From: Syncephalis fuscata S228
Taxonomy: Eukaryota > Fungi > Zoopagomycota
Direction of reading: 5' to 3'
Assembly: GCA_025786725.1 (NCBI GenBank)
Contig: JAHLTZ010000017.1
Coordinates: 471,327 to 535,326 of the forward strand
Length of the DNA: 64,000 nucleotides
Shown: positions 57,413-64,000 of the stretch, piece by piece
Layout: each line of letters opens with the position of its first letter
Position numbering within the stretch: the first letter of the stretch is position 1
Notes under the pieces: model-generated
What the model was told of the DNA's origin: nothing
Databases searched by the model: none
The model's input: the letters and a program-made list of their open reading frames with translations, nothing else
Position numbers and translations under genes: made by a program

Positions 57413-58291
57413 ACTCGATCAAGGACCAGAATGTTTTAACTAAGTTGTCCGTTTATGGTTATCATAGTCGCGATAAGTATTCATACAAGTGTGGGATAGG
57501 TTCTAAGATCGGTTTGAAGTTCCGATAGTCCGGCCGCTTACCTTATATTATCGGCCAACTATCCACGCATATAGTGCTCGTCACTACTGCCCAATTTAGT
57601 CCTAGTCGCGAAACGCAATTCACACTGATACCAGCAACAGAAGAGAAAAGAAGAAAGGGAAGCGCTGTGCTGTAAACGCAACGTATAAATTAGTAGTGGT
57701 GTAAAGGACTGACCGACCAGTGGTATGTAAACGAAATAATAATAAAAAGAGCTCGGACTTGTACGATTCAGATAAATAAGCCCGAAGAAAAAGAACGAGA
57801 ACCTGCAGCTAGTATTTGATAGATGAAACACAAATGACAAGGCGATGTGAAAGGGTGTCAAGGAAGAAGTGGCAACGGCAGCAGTAGCGGCAGCATCAGC
57901 AGGTCAAAAGAAAGCTTGCAGTTTTGTTAAGGCGTCTCCACCAGCAGTGCTGACACATGTGGCCATGTACGCCCATACATGCTTCTATATATGCCTATCC
58001 CTTTACCCATAAAGACAGCTGGTTAGCATATACCACACGTACATACACATACACATGCACACACATATATACACTCACATGGAACTGGTATACATGCTTT
58101 TATAGGTAGGCAGATGAGCATGCTAATATATGCCGCAGTATCTACAGTGCAATGTACACACGCTATAATAATAATAATAATAGACATTTAATCACTATTA
58201 TTTCAATAATATTAATATAATATTAATACAATAAAGTCTCTTATAGATAGACACTTGTTTATTCAATCATTTTTACGCATGTGACATTTAG

Positions 58292-58768
58292 TTATTGACT
58301 CTTCATGAAATTCGTATCTCTAATAGTCTCGCGATTAACACGACGTAATCGCTGTTTGCTGCCTTTGTCCATTGTGTTCGTTGGTGGTCTTGGTGTCAAA
58401 AGTGTCCAAAGCCATTCGGGATATGCTGTATCTTCCATGGCCACTGGATCACTGCCATCTTTTGTATAATTAATGCCTTTTAATACGGTGCCGGCTGCTA
58501 CGCTGGATTTGGATGCAGTAGTTGTCGTATCTAAATAAATATATTAACATATCAGTATTGCTGTTTATCGGTAATGTATTCACTAATAAGATATACAATG
58601 ATTGTATACTATGCAATATAACAACTGTTTAACAAAAAATAGCCAAAACTACTTACCGGTGGGTGAAGCAGTACTGGCTTTGTTGAATTGGCGCGTACTT
58701 TGCGTGAATGCACGTAATGACACCCATGTGCTTGTTCGTGTCGCAAAAGACACCGTCTTTACGTTCAT
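58292..58768 (-). CDS. MRPL37: Mitochondrial ribosomal protein mL54 (yeast Mrpl37); 2 exons (absent from the ORF track)
   Basis: SSVAAGTVLKGINYTKDGSDPVAMEDTAYPEWLWTLL..LRRVNRETIRDTNFMKS. Confidence 0.92.
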
Positions 58769-58967
58769 AGTTATATTCAAACTGGAACTGGTGACAATAA
58801 GTAATAGTCGTGGTTTAATAATGATCGTAATAACAACGACAAAATAGAATTGGGATCAAGAGGAGAGAAAACTCTTTTTACGAATTCACCGCTTTTCTTT
58901 TGCAATTCCGCGTCGCCACCGTGTCTATTTAGTTTGATCGTTACGACAACTGCTCTACTAATTCATC

Positions 58968-59855
58968 ATGAAGTCGGGCCGTGCCGTAAAACGAGTCAGC
59001 ACACGTCTGGTCCCTCGACCAAAGACGATTAAGCCACAAGATCGACTTGATTATTGGAAAATCATTCGTGGTGACGAGGTAAGTAGTAGACAAGTTAGCT
59101 AGACAACAAATTACTTAAATATATGCCCAATAGGTTATGGTCACCAGCGGCAAAGAAAAGGGAAAGATAGGCACGGTCATCCGAGTTAATCGTAAAGTCA
59201 ATACGCTTGTTGTATCTGGTTTGAACATGGTAAATTGCTATGACGGTAAATGGCAGACATATATTAATATTATATTTAATAGGTATATAAGCATGTGCCT
59301 ATGGATCAAGGTGCAAAAGATGGTCGTGTTCGCAAGGAAATGCCTATTCACGTATCAAATGTGGCACTACTTCATCCAGAGACACAGTAAGTAGTTTAGT
59401 ATGAGTAGCAATGGATATACAAACTAATATTTAATATTTGTAGACAACCAACTAAAATTGATATTGTGAAGCAAACAGACCCAACCAGTGGCAAGACTGA
59501 AAATAAACGATTAGTACGTGGCACTAATATTGAAATTCCTCGTACAAAATATCTTGAATATCAAGATGCATGGAAAGGTAGATAGAACAGCAAGTAAACG
59601 TATTTAACTAATCGATAATTGTATATAGATAGTAAATTTGATACACTACCCGATGTAGTACGTAAAATTTCATTTGAGCCATCACTGGCCGTGCCACCAT
59701 TACCAGAAGGTGTTATTGACGAGCTACGTAATCGTTATTCTAAATTCCAATCTATGAAGAACCGAACACGAAAAGAAGAATGGCTTGCCGAAGATACTGA
59801 ATCTATTAAAGAAAAACGCGCTGTAAAGCACAACGAACCAGCTGCTACTTTATAA
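58968..59855 (+). CDS. MRPL40: Mitochondrial ribosomal protein uL24m (yeast Mrpl40); 5 exons
   Basis: YWKIIRGDE|VMVTSGKEKGKIGTV (KOW), LVVSGLNM|VYKHVP, EMPIHVSNVALLHP, FEPSLAVPPLPEGVIDELRNRYS. Confidence 0.92.
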
Positions 59856-60021
59856 TAAACTAAACTATTTTATATAAAGATAACAATTAATATATTTGAA
59901 TGTATTAAATAATAGCAATGTCAATGATATTAATAGTAATAATAGTATTTTTAACACTGGTGTTAATCACCATATTTTATTAAATAAAAATATTGCAAAA
60001 CAAGGAGTAAAATATGGTTAA

Positions 60022-60871
60022 TATTTACTTTAATTCCCGGGTAGTAAGCTATTTTACGCAATCAATTGTAACGATTTAAATAGCTGACGAGTTGATTGAG
60101 TTAGTTTGTGTTTAAATCATTATTTATAATAAAACATAATTAGTAATACATTATCATTTTCATAAAATATAAAATGCAATATAACATTGTATCCTAGCTG
60201 CTATTTTAAACATTTAAATAAATAATGTAACATACTATTTGATTCCATTGAAATGTTTGAGGTGATCATTGTTGTTGTTGGCCATGTGTAGAAAGGTTGA
60301 TCAAATATTAATAAAAGCCATTGATTGCAATTCCATATCGTTCCGCAGCTGTTATTGTTGTTACTATGTACAGTGTGGTTTCTTGCATCTAAATGGTCTG
60401 TTCTATTTTACAATCTTCTAATGTTGCATTTTGGCAGATTTACGCTGTAAGATACTCGCCTATAGTGACAAAAGGTAGAATGATTAGCATTTCTGATGTT
60501 CACCATTTTCTTGAGCATTTTTGATATCAACTTGGTAGGCGCAGTTTATTTGCCACCACTGATCAAGCAAATGGCCTCCGCCATATGCAATAATGATAGG
60601 TTGAGTGTCTTCACCAGGAAGATCTTGTGGCGGCAGTTGTAACCAGAATATACGGCATGCCGTTGATGCTACTTGAACAAATGTTAATGTGAAATAAGAG
60701 AAACAAAAACCAGAAATTGAATAACGTTTTTTATTGATGCTCAAATACGCATGCTATTTATATTGTTATATTCAACATTATCACATAATATATTACTGAA
60801 TAGAACAACAAGATAGCGATAGGAAAAGATGACGAAATGGATAAATAAAATGCGGAGTCAAAGTACAATAG
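60022..60871. mobile_element. MITE family B copy (~850 bp) with extra internal sequence
   Basis: 60829-60871 is the reverse complement of 40887-40930, and 60210-60455 matches 41140-41390 reversed. Degenerate left end near 60022; a further solo end at 61411-61428. Confidence 0.55.
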
Positions 60872-61564
60872 AAACATTAAAGCCATTTAATACTAAAGTT
60901 GTTGCTATAAAACATACTACCAATAAATTACTGAGTGTAGTAGGAAATACAATCAAAGCCAATGTTTCTTAAAGACAAGTGTAGCCATAGAAAGCGTCGT
61001 TATTGAAATAATGAAACATAGTCATATTCTAGACAATGAAGCAATAGACCAATGGTTTATATGAATGAATAAATAGTGCGATGTTAATGCCAGCAGAAAC
61101 ATGCACAGTATATTCAGTACAATGGCCAGTGGTGAACCAAGGCCTTCTGATTTCTTACCATCTATTAGTATAAGAAATCAAACTGACGCTGTTGCATCAA
61201 CATCATAATTAAATGTAATATTCTATTGTAAGTAACATGAAATACTATTTAATATTTGTTTTGATATTGAAAATAATGCAGATTAATTGACACTGATTGA
61301 TTCAATCAGAGTTGATGTGGCACTACAACAAACCACTTCTCAGTAGTAAAAACTGATTGACGGTTTATTGTTCGAGTTATTGATCTTTTTGTCCTTCAGT
61401 TTAAGGATGGGGACTCAAAGTACAATAGCTTCGTAAAATCAACGATAAAATAGGTGTGATGTATTAAATCAAACGCGCTCTTTTTCTTTTTCAGTTTAAC
61501 GACATTTCATTGCTGCTATTGTCGCCACTACTTGATTGATTCTTGTCCAAACAACAGCTACAAC

Positions 61565-62689
61565 ATGAGTTCTCGTGCCAACAAAGTATTTTTTGATATT
61601 GCCATTGCTGGCAAACCAGGTAGGTATGCTAAACTGCAACTGGCTTAGTAACTAATTACAAATAGCTGGCCGTCTGGTATTCAAACTATTTAACGAGACG
61701 GTACCAAAGACCGCAGAAAACTTCCGAGCCCTCTGGTATATATTAAATAAAATAAACGTTTATTCTATTGCTTATACGCTGTCTTGAACAATATAGCACG
61801 GGAGAGAAAGGAAAGGGCGTCTCAGGCAAGCCACTTCATTTCAAGGGCAACAGATTGTAAGTAATAGATCCGTCTAATGAATTACAAAAAGCAACACTAT
61901 TAATACTATTTAATTAGCCATCGTATTATTCCTCAATTTATGGCTCAAGGTAGATTAAAGATTTAAATAACGGATTAATTATTATATACCCATTTTAACG
62001 ATATTGTGTATATAATGGCTTTTATCTAAATAGGTGGAGGTAAATAATTGTTAATAAATCCATTACTTGTAATTAAAACACATTTTACACCATTAGATTT
62101 CACCATGGGCGATGGCCGTGGTGGCGAGTCGATTTATGGTGCTAAATTTGCTGAGTAAGTTGATTTACAATAATTAGCATTTTACTTACTATAATGACTT
62201 AGTGAGAACTTTAACCTCAAGCATACCGATAAGGTAGATTACTATTGATGCACTGATTCGTAGATTGTAGTATGTTGACGATCATTTGTTCATAGGGCAT
62301 TCTGAGTATGGCCAATGCGGGCAAGGTATGTTAATTAATGTACTGTTGGATTATTAACCAAGTCTATCATTATAGAATACAAACGGCAGCCAATTCTTTA
62401 TCACGTTCAAGTCCACGCCATGGCTGGATGGCCACCACGTTGGTAGGATGGAGTAAATGGATAAAAGTATATATCTACTAACTATTACATCGGTCTAGTG
62501 TTTGGTCAAGTTCTGAAGGTTTGGAGGTCTTAAAGGAAATGGAAAAGGCTGGCAGTTTGGATGGTACCACAACGGTAAGAAAACCACCTGAACATCAAAC
62601 CATTTTTGTCAATAGCTAAATCAACTATGTGTTAAACCCAATAGAAAGTTGTAGAGATTCAAGATTGCGGAGAACTACCATCAAACTAA
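61565..62689 (+). CDS. Cyclophilin-type peptidyl-prolyl isomerase; 11 exons (absent from the ORF track)
   Basis: VFFDIAI, VPKTAENFRALCTGEKG, FHRIIPQFMAQGGDFT, GGESIYG, SMANAG.NTNGSQFFIT, WLDGHHVVFGQV. One base missing near 62514. Confidence 0.95.
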
Positions 62690-63076
62690 GCATGGAATGG
62701 GTCATATGATTGTCGGACAATTTAATAAAGCCAGTTTTTGGTTATCTATATCGTTTCATTAACTAAACCAGCCGTTTATTCCTTTTCTTCCCCTTTTTAC
62801 TACTAGCAACATTTTAGCAATAGTATTCATAATATTAATTATAACTATTAATATAATAATAGTCATATTAGCAGTCATATCAACAGCAGTGCAATAATAA
62901 TAGTAACATTAACAACAGCAACGCCTAGCCTATACGTCTGAGTTATCATTACGAGTTATCTTTGGTAACTATTCTATTTCTCCTGAATAAATATTCACTT
63001 GACTGCAACTACCAATACTAGTACTCATCTTGAGTATTCACCGTTATTAACATTAAAAAACTATACTGCGTTTTCT

Positions 63077-64000
63077 ATGAATCGAGTGGATTTAAAAGTT
63101 GTATTATTGGGGGCCGCAGGTGTGGGTAAATCCTCGCTGCTTGAACGATACGTTTACGATCGTTTTACTGAAGCAGGATGTCATGCGGTAAGTGGGCATT
63201 TGCTTGATTACAATAACTGACCTTATCGTTATAGACGGTTGGTGCAGCATTTGGCCGTAAGCATGTACTTGTAGCAGGCAATCGAAAGCACCACCTTATG
63301 GGTATTTGGGATACAGCAGGCTCAGAAAGATATGCGGGTATGACAAAAATGTATTATCGTGCGGCGTCAGCGGCCATTCTATGCTACAGTCTTACAGATC
63401 CCGAGTCGTTGGATCGCTGTCGCCGATGGGCCAACGAATTACGACAATGTGAGCCCAGTTGTCGGCTTTTCTTTGTGGTGTTAAGGCCGATTTAGTGGCC
63501 CCTCTCATCACAGCTGTTGAATCAACGCTGGGCAAAAGACAGCGGCAAGGCACAAGGCCATTTTCGTTTTTAACACCTGCTGAGTTATATGGCCAAAAAG
63601 ATAATGAATACTATGCGTCATGTAATGGCACTGATAACACTTCTACTATAAGTTTGAATAACTTGCCCCTTGAACAGTTAAATACATCTACTGAATGTGT
63701 AGTCGATCAATCTTACGCTAAATCAAGGGGTGATTCGGGTATCAACTTGGCAACAGAGTCGGCAGTTTCACTTGCTATTGACTTACCGGTTTTTGGTCTA
63801 CACCAGAACAACAGTAGTGGTACATTGGCCGTGGCAACAACCCATACTACCAACACGACTGTACTAACTTCGACACCGTCCAGCTATAACAACACTTCAT
63901 CCTATCGCACTATAGCCGTAGGTACGTTTGCTTCTTCGCTATCTCCGATAAAGTCTTCGCAACGACGTCGTACGTGTTCATGTCCATCTCAACCAGCCTG
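63077..64000 (+). CDS. RAB24: Rab24-like small GTPase, runs off the window end
   Basis: MNRVDLKVVLLGAAGVGKSSLLERYVYDRF, TVGAAF, GIWDTAGSERY (Ser in place of Gln), LFLCGVKADL after restoring one T near 63470. Confidence 0.82.

Noticed and set aside
60484-61200. Membrane-protein gene on the - strand
   Set aside because: Many stops; the hydrophobicity follows from T-richness; it overlaps a family B element end.

Overview
Gene-dense, AT-rich eukaryotic DNA with short GT-AG introns (mostly about 45-70 nt). It looks like an early-diverging fungus, most like Zoopagomycota/Syncephalis, though that placement is inference. About 31 protein-coding genes can be reconstructed by hand. Most are housekeeping: BDP1, RAD24/Rad17, IMP1, CWC15, VPS24, PQ-loop/ANY1, DPL1, COX16, CBP6, DUO1, LRG1, SQT1, an acyltransferase, RanGAP, U2AF65, MUS81, SIL1, PET117, ATP4, GCIP, Old Yellow Enzyme, STE50, mL54, uL24m, cyclophilin and Rab24. 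There is also an F-box gene and a secreted pseudokinase-like gene. Intergenic DNA carries two families of MITE-like terminal-inverted-repeat elements. Highlights: (1) a signal-peptide pseudokinase-like gene with two GC-AG introns, bracketed by ~110-bp direct repeats; (2) a SAP domain spliced in frame onto U2AF65; (3) two oversized introns holding structured RNA candidates, in RanGAP and in the LRG1 5' region; (4) OYE bracketed by near-identical inverted MITE copies; (5) a MITE filling almost the whole gap between the convergent SIL1 and PET117 genes; (6) a Rab24 with a long insertion; (7) micro-exons. At least 11 single-base deletions at short base runs break otherwise intact genes, most likely assembly error. 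All coordinates and splice models were read by eye.
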